From an uncultured Candidatus Saccharibacteria bacterium (GTDB lineage Bacteria; Patescibacteriota; UBA1384; XYA2-FULL-43-10; 1-14-0-10-43-13), in NCBI GenBank assembly GCA_964419835.1, contig CAYQPT010000002.1:6732-70731 (forward strand): a stretch of DNA of 64,000 bases, written 5' to 3'. Numbering within the stretch: position 1 is the first letter of the stretch; every line of letters starts with the position of its first letter. Made by a program: the position numbers and the translations under genes. Shown here piece by piece: positions 17,857 to 27,460 of this stretch. Below the pieces are notes generated by a model. It did not search any database, was not told the DNA's origin, and worked only from the letters and a program-made list of their open reading frames with translations.

Positions 17857-20496
17857 CTAGTAACTCTTAACCAAACAATTGTAATGCAGGTTACTAATAT
17901 CACCCAGCGCATCGGCAGTTGCGTTAAACTTAACTGTCCCGTCAGAAAAAGTAGGATCAACATATGGAACAGTGGATGTTAATGCAATCGGCTCACAAAA
18001 TTGTCTATTATCAGTTGATTTATACAATTCATCAGTGATTAAATTTGAACTGTTTGGAACTAAATTACTCACCATAACCCAAACCTGTATTGTGTCATTT
18101 AACTGCAGGGAATACGGGTTAAAGTTGTTTGCCGGGCTAAGCCCGCTCCTGCTTATTGGGATTAATACCTTTCTTACACTTGAACTAGTCGGTGATGTCG
18201 GGTTGACAACGATCCATCCGCCGCCACCGCCTCGGCCGTCGGTCGGTCGATACAAAAGACTTCTGTCCCCTCCTCTGGCAGACATCTGATATAAAGTATT
18301 ATTTGCAATACCATTGACCTCATATACTCCTTGTTCTCCATCAAATGTCCCCCCCTCTACATTTATTCCATAAAAACTGGTCATGCCACCATATGAAATG
18401 GCGTTTGTCCGGATTACAATGCTTCCTCCTGCTCCGCCACCAGCCCCCACACTACAGCCATCATTCATAAACAAATAACCAATTTCTCCGTCGGCATATA
18501 TTCCGCCTGTGTCTGCACCGCTGAATGTCAGATTAAAGTCAATTGAATCAGCTGACAATGTAACCCTGCCACCACCATTTCCACCTTCTGAACAAGAAGT
18601 ATCATCACCCCCACCATCATAGCCCGAGGCGCCTCCGCCCGCTCCCCATTCTTGGCCGGCACCGTTCATATAGTCATATTTTTTACTGCCGTTAGTGTCG
18701 CCTGTGCCCACCTTTCCGTTGCCTCCGGCCCCACCGCCACCGCCGGATGAATAATCATACTCATTATATGCGGCTCCCCCACTCCATTCTGTGGCGCTTA
18801 TCTTTGGGCCAAATCCATAATTCTTCCGATAAGCTGTATCGCTTTTCGTGCTTGCACCTAAGGATCCTATCAATCGTCCCATTGTATTACCATTACACCC
18901 TCTTCTATCATCCAAGACATAGCCAGCATAAACCGTATACCATGAATAATATGCTCCAGGGTATCCTTTTCCTGTTACATCAATTTTTGCTCTCGATTCA
19001 AAAGTAATTTTATTGTCGACGGCAATATCAACCTTTTTCCATCTGGCGGAACCAACAGTCTCATCCGCCAAAGAGCCGTTATTATTCAAATCTTGCTTAT
19101 TAACACCATCACCGGCAGGACCAAGTATTTCAGAAGCAAGCAATCCACTATGAGTTAAAACTGCTTTATTTATAAGCTTTAAGCTTTTAAAATGGCGTTT
19201 AGAATCACAATTGCTATCGTTTTGAGCATTGCATTGCTGCCCTGCATTGGCACCGGTTTGAAAGACTTTTTCTTCTCCCATATCAATCGTTATCCCCTCA
19301 GCTATCCCATCATCATTCGTATCACCATCAATAACCACATCTCTGTTTTCGCAAATTGCCGGAATGGCAGTGCCTGATTTCAAATAGCAAAAAAAGTTTA
19401 GAGAATTATAAGTTATCTTCACTATACCTCCCCCTCCTCCACCGCCATACCCGTTAACACTCGAACTCCCCCCATTCGCGGAAATGTTATAAAATGCCGG
19501 ACTCGGAGGAGCGACATTTGTAATTCCCGAAGGAGCAACATCTGCTCCAGATTTTCCGCCTGAAACATTTGGTCCAATATTGGCCGAATTTAAATTATCT
19601 GAAGAAAAAACATTTGTCGTCAGGCGAATAGTTCCGCCGGCTCCACCCCCTCCAGTTGTTACAGTGGCACCAGTAGCAGACCCTCTGGCATAAAAACCAC
19701 TAGTTTCCATCTTAATGATTTCCTCCTTTGCCCAGATATCAATTATCCCTGCGCCTGCCTGCCCAACTCTTGTAGTACCATTACAGCTTGCTGCACCTCC
19801 CCCACTCCCTCGATCGATAGTGTCAATATTTGACCCGGCAAAGATACCACCCAAAGCGACAACGGGAGAAAGCCGGGCTAATCCGTTTTGCCCATTACCC
19901 CCAAGGCCTCCTCCACCACCAGCACAGTCAGTAGCTACTACTGACATCAAGCTGCCAGGTGCCGGTCCTCTGGCGGGAGTAACTAAATCGACCGCGCCAC
20001 CCCAATACCCATCCCTATCTACATAAAAACTTGACCAATCAGACATAGTAAGCTTTTTTTCTATTATCCAATTAACCTGTTTTTCAGTTTCTTGGGCCAT
20101 GGAATTAGTTGTTGCCGACAGAAAAGCTGTTGTTACCCGAGCACCTTGTTTCATTGTTACGTTATTAAAATGATGAAGACCCGTGCTCACTACATAAGCA
20201 CTGGTGCCCGGAATACCGCTGATAGTCAAATTTGTATTATCTAGAGTGTTAGCCGGTAAGACAAATGGGACACTCGGTGTGCCTCCGGTAATTTCGCAAC
20301 TATAAATGCCATCCCCATCAGGTGTTGGATCGCAAGTCGCACCAGCTGGAGGAATTGGCGCTGCTGCTTTCGTTCCGTTTGGATTTTTGGTTGCCGCGAT
20401 CGAAAGCAGAAAGGCCGACAAAAACAGCACTGCAACTAAAAGCATGGCATTAAACTTTTTTCTGCGATTCAACAAATTTGTAATCGATATTTTCAT
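17857..20496 (-). CDS. large secreted glycine-rich repeat protein (putative beta-helix/adhesin-like surface protein)
   Basis: 879 aa. N-terminal signal/anchor. Numerous GGGG(A/G) tracts and NxS/T-rich segments. Only 3 nt separate it from the Kelch protein gene. Confidence 0.5.
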   Translation of the reverse strand: MKISITNLLNRRKKFNAMLLVAVLFLSAFLLSIAATKNPNGTKAAAPIPPAGATCDPTPDGDGIYSCEITGGTPSVPFVLPANTLDNTNLTISGIPGTSAYVVSTGLHHFNNVTMKQGARVTTAFLSATTNSMAQETEKQVNWIIEKKLTMSDWSSFYVDRDGYWGGAVDLVTPARGPAPGSLMSVVATDCAGGGGGLGGNGQNGLARLSPVVALGGIFAGSNIDTIDRGSGGGAASCNGTTRVGQAGAGIIDIWAKEEIIKMETSGFYARGSATGATVTTGGGGAGGTIRLTTNVFSSDNLNSANIGPNVSGGKSGADVAPSGITNVAPPSPAFYNISANGGSSSVNGYGGGGGGGIVKITYNSLNFFCYLKSGTAIPAICENRDVVIDGDTNDDGIAEGITIDMGEEKVFQTGANAGQQCNAQNDSNCDSKRHFKSLKLINKAVLTHSGLLASEILGPAGDGVNKQDLNNNGSLADETVGSARWKKVDIAVDNKITFESRAKIDVTGKGYPGAYYSWYTVYAGYVLDDRRGCNGNTMGRLIGSLGASTKSDTAYRKNYGFGPKISATEWSGGAAYNEYDYSSGGGGGAGGNGKVGTGDTNGSKKYDYMNGAGQEWGAGGGASGYDGGGDDTSCSEGGNGGGRVTLSADSIDFNLTFSGADTGGIYADGEIGYLFMNDGCSVGAGGGAGGSIVIRTNAISYGGMTSFYGINVEGGTFDGEQGVYEVNGIANNTLYQMSARGGDRSLLYRPTDGRGGGGGWIVVNPTSPTSSSVRKVLIPISRSGLSPANNFNPYSLQLNDTIQVWVMVSNLVPNSSNLITDELYKSTDNRQFCEPIALTSTVPYVDPTFSDGTVKFNATADALGDISNLHYNCLVKSY

Positions 20497-20499
20497 TTT

Positions 20500-22119
20500 T
20501 TACTCCACCGTACAATAATAGTTCACCGTGGCAGGTCCCGCAGAAGTTACTGAAAGATTTGTCCAAACCACCTTTTTTGTTGTAATTCCACCAACAGTAC
20601 TGCTAGTTATGACTCCGCCACTAGAGGGGGGGGAGAATGTCCCGTAATTGTCCGGATTACACTTGAGTCCCGTCAAACTACCCTGTTGAATCGCCAGAGC
20701 CGTATCCGTCACTGTAACATATCCATCGTCAGATGAAGGAAGAAGTGAAATTACGAGGTTAATCCTGATTACATCTCCTTTTTGTAGTGCGTAAGCGTTG
20801 TAATTTGTATTAACCTCGCTATTTCCGGTTGTGCCATTTCTCTTTTCGGCAAGCAACCTCTTGCTTATCTTAACTCCGGAGGCCGTGGCAGAGGTTGGTG
20901 AGATATTGCTCAGAGTAATTTGATAAATGGAAGATGTGGCGCTTCCTCCAAATGTGTATATTTTATCATTATAAAAGACCGAGCCATACCCAATTAAGGA
21001 CGGGGGGGTCTTACTGGTTATGGTAAGCGTCTGTGCCTGTATGTCAAATTCGACCACTTCATAATAAGTAACACCAAGGGGAGTCCTTTTGACTAATAGC
21101 GTAATTTTTGAGTTTGCAGAGTCTAACGCAATCCCTTGTGGCACAGAAGAAGTAGCAAAAATAGTTCCGGGGTTGGCGACTGCAGTAAATGTCTCGGCGC
21201 CAGATGTGGGGTCAAATATGAAAATGCCGTTGCTCGTATTGGGGGAAGCATTTACAGCGCAATCACCAATATCACCGCTCGTTATGGTCGAACAAATGTC
21301 ACCGCCAAAAACATACGCCCTTGTAGTCACTGGATCAAAAACCACAGAAGCATGAGCTCGGTAGCCAAAAGAATCCAACCCGACAGGGGTTATTTTCGTC
21401 ATCGTGAGCGTAGTAGTATCTAGTACAAATACTTCCTTGAGATGATGATAGGTGCTTCGTCGTCCAGAAATCGTTGAATATTCCCCACCCATTATGTAAA
21501 TTTTATTGTCATAATAAAAAGCGGAAGCACCGTCCCTAGGATGAGCTATGAAGTCGGCATAACCGGGTCCAGTTATATTTAATTGATCTCCGCTTGCCAC
21601 TGTTGGCGCAACCCCGTTCCCATAAAGAGAGCATTTAGCAGGGAATAGACCTTGAATATCCCGCCCGCCGTTAAAATCTATCTCTGTGATACTGGCAGTG
21701 GGGTTACCTACTTGAACGTTTCCCCAGCCCATTTTACCTCCTATTAAATACGCTTTTTTGGTGGTCGGATTAAACACAGCAGCAGAATTCTGCCTCTGCC
21801 AGCAGCTATCATGAGTGCCGCCAGGGGTGAGAGTCAAGCTTGTCGTAGACATGTTAGACATATCTACTTTTTGAAGAAGAATATACCAAGAATGGAAATA
21901 TCCTCCAATCAAATAAGTAATTGCCCCATCATAAATTGTCATTGGATTTGTGACCGGAATAGGTAAAGTCTGAGGCAACAATGTTGCAGCATCTGTGCTT
22001 CGAGGATTATTCACAATCATTAAACTGCCGAACATAAATGCCAAAAGAATCAGAGACATTAATGTTGAGTATCTGAATCGTCTACGAGAATTAAGTTTTT
22101 GCGATAACGATCGTTCCAA
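20500..22119 (-). CDS. secreted Kelch-repeat beta-propeller protein
   Basis: 539 aa. Signal/TM at the N-terminus. Kelch-type blades occur at roughly 50-aa spacing (AYLIGG, IYIMGG, AYVFGG, IYTFGG). A beta-sandwich-like domain sits at the C-terminus. Confidence 0.6.
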   Translation of the reverse strand: MERSLSQKLNSRRRFRYSTLMSLILLAFMFGSLMIVNNPRSTDAATLLPQTLPIPVTNPMTIYDGAITYLIGGYFHSWYILLQKVDMSNMSTTSLTLTPGGTHDSCWQRQNSAAVFNPTTKKAYLIGGKMGWGNVQVGNPTASITEIDFNGGRDIQGLFPAKCSLYGNGVAPTVASGDQLNITGPGYADFIAHPRDGASAFYYDNKIYIMGGEYSTISGRRSTYHHLKEVFVLDTTTLTMTKITPVGLDSFGYRAHASVVFDPVTTRAYVFGGDICSTITSGDIGDCAVNASPNTSNGIFIFDPTSGAETFTAVANPGTIFATSSVPQGIALDSANSKITLLVKRTPLGVTYYEVVEFDIQAQTLTITSKTPPSLIGYGSVFYNDKIYTFGGSATSSIYQITLSNISPTSATASGVKISKRLLAEKRNGTTGNSEVNTNYNAYALQKGDVIRINLVISLLPSSDDGYVTVTDTALAIQQGSLTGLKCNPDNYGTFSPPSSGGVITSSTVGGITTKKVVWTNLSVTSAGPATVNYYCTVE

Positions 22120-22311
22120 TACCCCTCCGAAGTTAGCCAGTAACTAGGATTATCCTTCAGAACTCCTTGGCATTTTCATACAAAAAAATGCGTGTTTTGT
22201 GTACAAATTTAGTATACCTAAAATAATAGTACTGTTACAACTGGGGAAAAATATTTCCTTAAACTATAAACTTGTTTGATCTTGTTTATATCTATAATAT
22301 TGTAACTGCCT

Positions 22312-22626
22312 ATGAAAAATATTGGTAAAAGTGAAGAGGTTTATAAAATTGTCAAAGGAATTCCGAAAGGCAAAGTTTTGACCTATGGCTCTCTCGCTAA
22401 AGTAGCCGGAATAAAAAATCCTCGGCTGGTTGGATCTATTTTGCACAAAAACCCCGACCCGCAAAGCATCCCCTGCCATCGCGTTGTAAATAGTAAAGGA
22501 GAGACGGCAAAAACTTACGCTTTTGGAGGAGGGGACGCTCAAAAAATAAAACTGGAAAACGAAGGAATTATATTTCAAAATAACAGACTAGACCTTAAGT
22601 TATATTTATGGCGACCAAAAATATAA
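22312..22626 (+). CDS. methylated-DNA--protein-cysteine methyltransferase (MGMT) DNA-binding-domain protein
   Basis: 104 aa. The active-site motif PCHRVV and helix-turn-helix (YGSLAKVAG) of the MGMT C-terminal domain are present. There is no N-terminal domain. Confidence 0.65.
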   Translation: MKNIGKSEEVYKIVKGIPKGKVLTYGSLAKVAGIKNPRLVGSILHKNPDPQSIPCHRVVNSKGETAKTYAFGGGDAQKIKLENEGIIFQNNRLDLKLYLWRPKI

Positions 22627-22822
22627 CAATCACAATAAAGTCCGATCTACAATCTTCTTCTTTGCCCACTTCCCTACTTCATCAAACTAGTTTGATGAAG
22701 TAGAATCTAGTCCAATTAATTATTATCTACTGGGCAACAAATTATGAAGTTATTGTCCATTCTGCCAATGATTCTTCCTCAATAAAACGCTTAACTTAAA
22801 GGCGTATTATTTTTATCAGAGC

Positions 22823-23194
22823 ATGTCTAAAAGCTGCTCTTGGAAGGAGTGTATGGACGACCCCGTGTTTGACTTCTATAAAGGGTTTTACAAAAAGGCA
22901 TCTTCTTGGTTTGTGGGCACATTAATCGTGCTAGTTGTTATTATAGTGATCGGAATCGCTTATATAACAATAAGCAAATTGAATGCAAAGAACGACACAA
23001 ATGAAAATACTAATGAGCAAACAACAGAGCAACCGCTAGATAGTAAAAAAGATACTCAAATGGACGAACAGGACTTATTCGAGCAAGACCCCACCGACAA
23101 TGGAGGTTATATGATTGATGAAAACGGCGAAATGATAATTGACCCAAATGACGGCACAAGCACAACATTGCCAGAAAATGAGCTGGGACTATAA
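22823..23194 (+). CDS. hypothetical small membrane protein with an acidic C-terminus
   Basis: 123 aa. One TM (LIVLVVIIVIGIAYITI), then a D/E/N/T-rich tail. No recognisable family. Confidence 0.35.
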   Translation: MSKSCSWKECMDDPVFDFYKGFYKKASSWFVGTLIVLVVIIVIGIAYITISKLNAKNDTNENTNEQTTEQPLDSKKDTQMDEQDLFEQDPTDNGGYMIDENGEMIIDPNDGTSTTLPENELGL

Positions 23195-23203
23195 CATAAA
23201 AAT

Positions 23204-23235
23204 AACCTCCCGCAATTGCGGGAGGTTATTTTTAT
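23204..23235. terminator. bidirectional rho-independent terminator
   Basis: Perfect 10-bp stem AACCTCCCGC / GCGGGAGGTT with an AATT loop, followed by ATTTTTAT and preceded by an A-rich run. It lies between the convergent genes 22823..23194 (+) and 23262..24350 (-). Confidence 0.75.
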
Positions 23236-23261
23236 AATATACGATACTGTTGTATATTTGC

Positions 23262-24350
23262 TTATTCGTCCGAAAGACGGAATTTCCAGAGAGCGAGAAG
23301 TGACATGGCCACGATCCAACCAATAATAATTTCAAAGTTAACAGGATTAGAAAACGGTGAAACCGCATCAATCGAGATACCGCGTAGCATTCTAAGAAGC
23401 GGTGCTATCGGCAAGAATTGAACTACACTGAAAAGCCACTTCGGAAGAGCATCGATTGGGAAAAAGACTCCACCTAAAAACATCATCGGAATAGCAATCG
23501 CCTGCGCCATTCCCTGAGCGGCGTCGGCTGTTTTTGCAAAACCGGCCATTACAAAGCCGATTAATTGAAATAATATTGCCCCGAGAAGTGCGATCCCAAT
23601 TAAAACCCAAAGGTTTCCATACACATGTCCATGGAAAACAAACACTCCCATCGTTAAAATTAATGTAATCTGCACAATATTCAGCACCAGCCGAGAAGTA
23701 ACCTCGGCAACCAAAAACTTCCAGGTCGAAAGCGGAGTGGTGGTAATTCGCTTTAAGATCTTGTCCTCTTTATACTTACTAATACCAACCGCCATTCCCA
23801 TAATTGAACCGTTCATGAGCGCCAATCCTAGAATTCCAGCCATAATGAAGTCAAAATAGGAAAACGGACGGTTTGATCCAATTTTTTCTTGTGTTATTGA
23901 AAAAATCGGCTTGGCGTTCTGCAAGGCAAAACTTGTACCTATCAAATATTTATCAAAAAAAGCAGAAAGAATTGATGTCGCCTGACTACTGCTTGGATCG
24001 TAATACATTGTAATACTTTTTGGAGAATTCGGATCGGCTAGATTTCCAAATCCTTCAGGAATCAACACGGCAGCAGAAAGTTTGCTTTTGCTGACTTGAT
24101 CCTTTGCCTCGTCAATATTATCCATTTCCACCACATTTAAAATGTTGGCGTCAATCAAACCTTTGTCTAAATTTTTCGACAATTCAGTGCCGGATTTATT
24201 AACAATAGCAACACTACCGGCCATATTATTGCTCTTGCCAAAGAAAAGACCAAAAATTATGGTAAATATAAGCGGAAACATCAAAGCCCAGAACAAGGCC
24301 TGTTTATTTCTAAGTAACATTTTCAAGTCTGCAAGAAATAATTTAAGCAT
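23262..24350 (-). CDS. ABC-2 family transporter permease
   Basis: 362 aa. N-terminal TM, a large extracytoplasmic loop, and 5 C-terminal TMs. The start overlaps the ATPase gene by 8 nt. Confidence 0.7.
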   Translation of the reverse strand: MLKLFLADLKMLLRNKQALFWALMFPLIFTIIFGLFFGKSNNMAGSVAIVNKSGTELSKNLDKGLIDANILNVVEMDNIDEAKDQVSKSKLSAAVLIPEGFGNLADPNSPKSITMYYDPSSSQATSILSAFFDKYLIGTSFALQNAKPIFSITQEKIGSNRPFSYFDFIMAGILGLALMNGSIMGMAVGISKYKEDKILKRITTTPLSTWKFLVAEVTSRLVLNIVQITLILTMGVFVFHGHVYGNLWVLIGIALLGAILFQLIGFVMAGFAKTADAAQGMAQAIAIPMMFLGGVFFPIDALPKWLFSVVQFLPIAPLLRMLRGISIDAVSPFSNPVNFEIIIGWIVAMSLLALWKFRLSDE

Positions 24351-25269
24351 TATTTTCCTCCTGTATATTTTTTCCGGTGAGTTCTATAAACACATCTTCC
24401 AATGAAGCCCGTCCAACAGTAAGTGACTCCGGCTGCGCTTCATGAATAATACCCAAAGCTTTGTTCAAATTTGCCTGTGTTTGCAGGCGCAATTCAAAAT
24501 TATATTTTTTACCCGCCACCGTTTTTAATTGACCCAATTTTTTAACCTTATCCAAATTCTTAGCACTGATTTTTGTGTCAACAAAATTGATTTTGAAAGG
24601 ATTTTTGGCTTTCTCGATTAATTTATGTGTCAGATCCATTGCAACAATCTTGCCTTTGTCCATAATAGCTATTCTGTCGCATAGAACTTCTGCCTCTTCC
24701 ATATAGTGGGTTGTCAAAATTATGGTTTTGCCCCTCTCTTTTATGCTGGTAATAATTTCCCATAAGTGTCTGCGTGCCAATGGGTCAAGTCCGGTCGTCG
24801 GCTCATCCAAAAATACAATCTCGGGATCATTTATTAAGCTCGCAATAATTGAGAATCTCTGGCGCTGGCCTCCGGAAAGCGACCCAACAAAAGCATTCTT
24901 CTTTTCCGAAAGGTTGACCGCTTTTAACAGTTCTTCCGAATTAGCTTCTTTATTGTAAAAACTGGCAAAAAGATCCAATATCTCTTTTAATGTTAAAAAA
25001 TGATAGTAGGCGGATGATTGAAGCTGAACCCCTATCTTCTCTTTTATCTCCCGTGCCCCCTCTTTGCTTTCGTGTCCAAGAACCAAAATCTTCCCCGATG
25101 TCGGTTTTCTGAGCCCTTCAATCATTTCCAGTGTGGTAGACTTGCCTGCTCCATTTTCACCGAGCAATCCAAAAACTTCTCCCCTATTAACAGAAAAGCT
25201 GATGCTGTTTACGGCCATTAATTTTCCATAATTTTTGACGAGGTCTCTTACCTCAATGACTTTTTCCAT
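24343..25269 (-). CDS. ABC transporter ATP-binding protein
   Basis: Walker A GENGAGKSTT. Signature LSGGQRQR. Walker B IVFLDEPTTGLD. Confidence 0.85.
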   Translation of the reverse strand: MEKVIEVRDLVKNYGKLMAVNSISFSVNRGEVFGLLGENGAGKSTTLEMIEGLRKPTSGKILVLGHESKEGAREIKEKIGVQLQSSAYYHFLTLKEILDLFASFYNKEANSEELLKAVNLSEKKNAFVGSLSGGQRQRFSIIASLINDPEIVFLDEPTTGLDPLARRHLWEIITSIKERGKTIILTTHYMEEAEVLCDRIAIMDKGKIVAMDLTHKLIEKAKNPFKINFVDTKISAKNLDKVKKLGQLKTVAGKKYNFELRLQTQANLNKALGIIHEAQPESLTVGRASLEDVFIELTGKNIQEENNA

Positions 25270-25283
25270 AGATCTCCCTTAAT

Positions 25284-25931
25284 TTATACCGAGAAGGTGA
25301 AAACACCTTTGACAAGAAAAGAAAGCACCCGCAAAATCGGCTCCATAATAGTAAATAAAATTGAATTTCCACTAATTTGACCGAAAATGATTAAACCAAG
25401 CAGAAGATACGGACCCATTTGCTGATAAGTTGCTCTTGCCTCGTAGCCCAAATAATATTCAACAAAATGCGATCCGTCCAACGGAAAAATCGGTAATATA
25501 TTGAAGGCAGCGAGCATTAAATTAATATCGACTATAATGTTTAAAAATAATAATAAGCTCGACGACTCGATTGTATGCCCCTGCATCAAAGCCACTCTGA
25601 TCGGAATCGCAATGATAAGAGCAAAAATAATGTTCGCCACAATACCGGCAATAGCCACCTTTAATTCATCTCTTCTCTCATGAAAATTACGCGGATTAAT
25701 TACTACCGGCTTACCCCAACCAAATCCGACCAACAAAAGAAATATTGATCCCAAAAGGTCAAGATGAACCAGTGGGTTTAGTGATAATCTGCCCTCCAAT
25801 CGAGGAGTCGGATCGCCTGACTTATCCGCCATCCAAGCATGGGCAAACTCATGGATCGTAATACCAATCAACAGAGCAACAATAAAGGCCAGGAAGTAGA
25901 TTGGATTTTTAAATAAATTAATCAATAGCAT
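25284..25931 (-). CDS. site-2 protease family (M50) intramembrane zinc metalloprotease
   Basis: 215 aa. HExxH (HEFAHA) in the first TM. Polytopic. The second zinc-ligand region is NILPIFPLDGSH. Confidence 0.7.
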   Translation of the reverse strand: MLLINLFKNPIYFLAFIVALLIGITIHEFAHAWMADKSGDPTPRLEGRLSLNPLVHLDLLGSIFLLLVGFGWGKPVVINPRNFHERRDELKVAIAGIVANIIFALIIAIPIRVALMQGHTIESSSLLLFLNIIVDINLMLAAFNILPIFPLDGSHFVEYYLGYEARATYQQMGPYLLLGLIIFGQISGNSILFTIMEPILRVLSFLVKGVFTFSV

Positions 25932-26041
25932 AGAATTTTGTACTTAATTTTGGTTATGATGCTTGAATTTTTTGCCGTTTTCTGTTAACATTACTTTGTA
26001 ATACTAACATTTTAATTAAATCCAATCAATCATGGCCAATT

Positions 26042-26203
26042 GCACACTATGCGGAAAGAGATCAGTTTCGGGAAATGCCGTCTCTCACTCGCAAATTCAC
26101 ACAAAAAGAACATTCAAGCCAAACCTACAAAAAGTTAACGGTGTTGTTGTCTGTACGCGTTGTCTTCGAACTCTGAATAAAGAAGCTAAATAGTACCGAT
26201 ATA
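26042..26203 (+). CDS. rpmB: 50S ribosomal protein L28 (not in the ORF track, under 60 aa)
   Basis: Translates to [53 protein letters not shown]. The bL28 signatures (CxxCGK...GNxVSHS...RxFxPNLQ) are present. Confidence 0.8.
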
Positions 26204-26214
26204 TAAAAAATAAT

Positions 26215-26250
26215 CTTTAAGAAGATTATTTTTTTATTTTTATAAATTTT
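26215..26250. terminator. bidirectional intrinsic terminator between rpmB and the convergent zinc-ribbon gene
   Basis: An A-run, then a 9-bp stem AATAATCTT / AAGATTATT with loop TAAG, then TTTTTTTATTTTT. Confidence 0.6.
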
Positions 26251-26256
26251 AAGTTA

Positions 26257-26592
26257 TTATGCCGGAACTTCTTCTCCAAGCTCTTTAATGGCGGCATTAC
26301 GCTTCTCCACCTCTTTATTGAAGCAGCTTTCGCATAAAATATCCTCGGTTTTTGGCTCAAAAGATACTTCTGCTTTTTTACCGCAACCAGTACACTTTAC
26401 CCACCAAGCCGGATGCTTTTCTCTGAGCTGATTTTTGTAAACTGCCGTGCAGACCTTGCATCGCTTCGGAATATTTGTAAGCCCTTTGTCAATAAAAAAT
26501 TTCTGCTCTCCTGCAGTCCAAATAAACTTGTTTCCGCAGTCTTTGCAGATGAGTGTTCTGTCCTCTAAATCTGATTCTTTTACTTTAGCCAC
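26257..26592 (-). CDS. zinc-ribbon protein (tandem CxxC pairs)
   Basis: 111 aa with four CxxC pairs (CKDC, CKVC, CTGC, CESC), a repeated zinc-ribbon architecture. Confidence 0.5.
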   Translation of the reverse strand: MAKVKESDLEDRTLICKDCGNKFIWTAGEQKFFIDKGLTNIPKRCKVCTAVYKNQLREKHPAWWVKCTGCGKKAEVSFEPKTEDILCESCFNKEVEKRNAAIKELGEEVPA

Positions 26593-26761
26593 GAAATACT
26601 CCGTATTTAGTTGGTTGGTAAGTTAGTTTGTTAGTATTTAGTAGATGATTAAACAATATTTATTATATCAATTCTTTTTCAATCCTGCCACCCAGCCATC
26701 CATCCACCCTACTATTATACTACCCTTGTCAATTGAGCTCCTGTTTGCTAGATTAAAAGTG

Positions 26762-27460
26762 ATGCAGGAGAGAAATTATTTCGAATTAGAGAGAAAACAA
26801 AACAAGTGGTTTCATGCATATCTTTTGGTAGGAAAAAACAAGGACAGTAAACAAGAATTAATTAATTATATTATAGAAGGCAAGAACTGCCTTCCCGCTG
26901 ACATTTCAACTGTTACTCCGGAAGAATCGAGCGGAAAACGGGGTGAGATCAAAATTGAGCAGATCAAGGAGCTTCTTCATCAAATTTCACTCTCCCCTCT
27001 CGGTAAGTGCCGTATAGCAGTAATTTACAACGCAGAACGGCTGAATCAGTCCTCGGGCAACATACTACTTAAAACTTTAGAAGAACCGGCCGGTGATGTT
27101 CTGTTCATCTTAAGTGCGGAAAACAACTCCGTTCTGCCAACAATAAAGTCGCGTTGCCGTACCATATTCGTTCATGACAACACAGAAGAAGATGGCGATC
27201 AGGAATATGCAAAGATAGTTGAGAAAAACTTTGTTAAAGCATCGTTTGATCTTGAAAATATTGTTAAAAATAATCAAATAAATGAATTTCTAGACGATAT
27301 TTTAGATTATTGCCGCAAAAAGATGCTTTCTGGGAAAAAAAGTAATTACGGAAAAGTGATTTATAGGATCGAGGAAGTGAGAAAAGAGATCGCAGGAAAC
27401 GCCAATCCCCGGCTAGCTTTAGAAAACTTGTATTTGATGCTAAAATCAATAAATCAATGA
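26762..27460 (+). CDS. holB: DNA polymerase III delta-prime subunit (start corrected to the internal ATG)
   Basis: HAYLLVG, LLKTLEEPAGDVLFIL and TIKSRC (sensor) motifs of the clamp-loader delta-prime subunit. It is followed by a PSP1/yaaT gene, as in many bacteria. The N-terminal 39 codons of the ORF track are non-conserved and likely upstream read-through. Confidence 0.7.
   Translation: MQERNYFELERKQNKWFHAYLLVGKNKDSKQELINYIIEGKNCLPADISTVTPEESSGKRGEIKIEQIKELLHQISLSPLGKCRIAVIYNAERLNQSSGNILLKTLEEPAGDVLFILSAENNSVLPTIKSRCRTIFVHDNTEEDGDQEYAKIVEKNFVKASFDLENIVKNNQINEFLDDILDYCRKKMLSGKKSNYGKVIYRIEEVRKEIAGNANPRLALENLYLMLKSINQ

Noticed and set aside
17857-20496. Repetitive GGGG/GGCGG-rich DNA that could be mistaken for a CRISPR-like or tandem repeat array
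   Set aside because: The repeats are in-frame glycine codons within a single long ORF with a signal peptide. There is no regular repeat-spacer periodicity.
22264-22578. 104-aa minus-strand ORF overlapping the MGMT-like gene
   Set aside because: It is antisense to a + strand ORF with a clear PCHRV active-site motif. It has no motif and no RBS.
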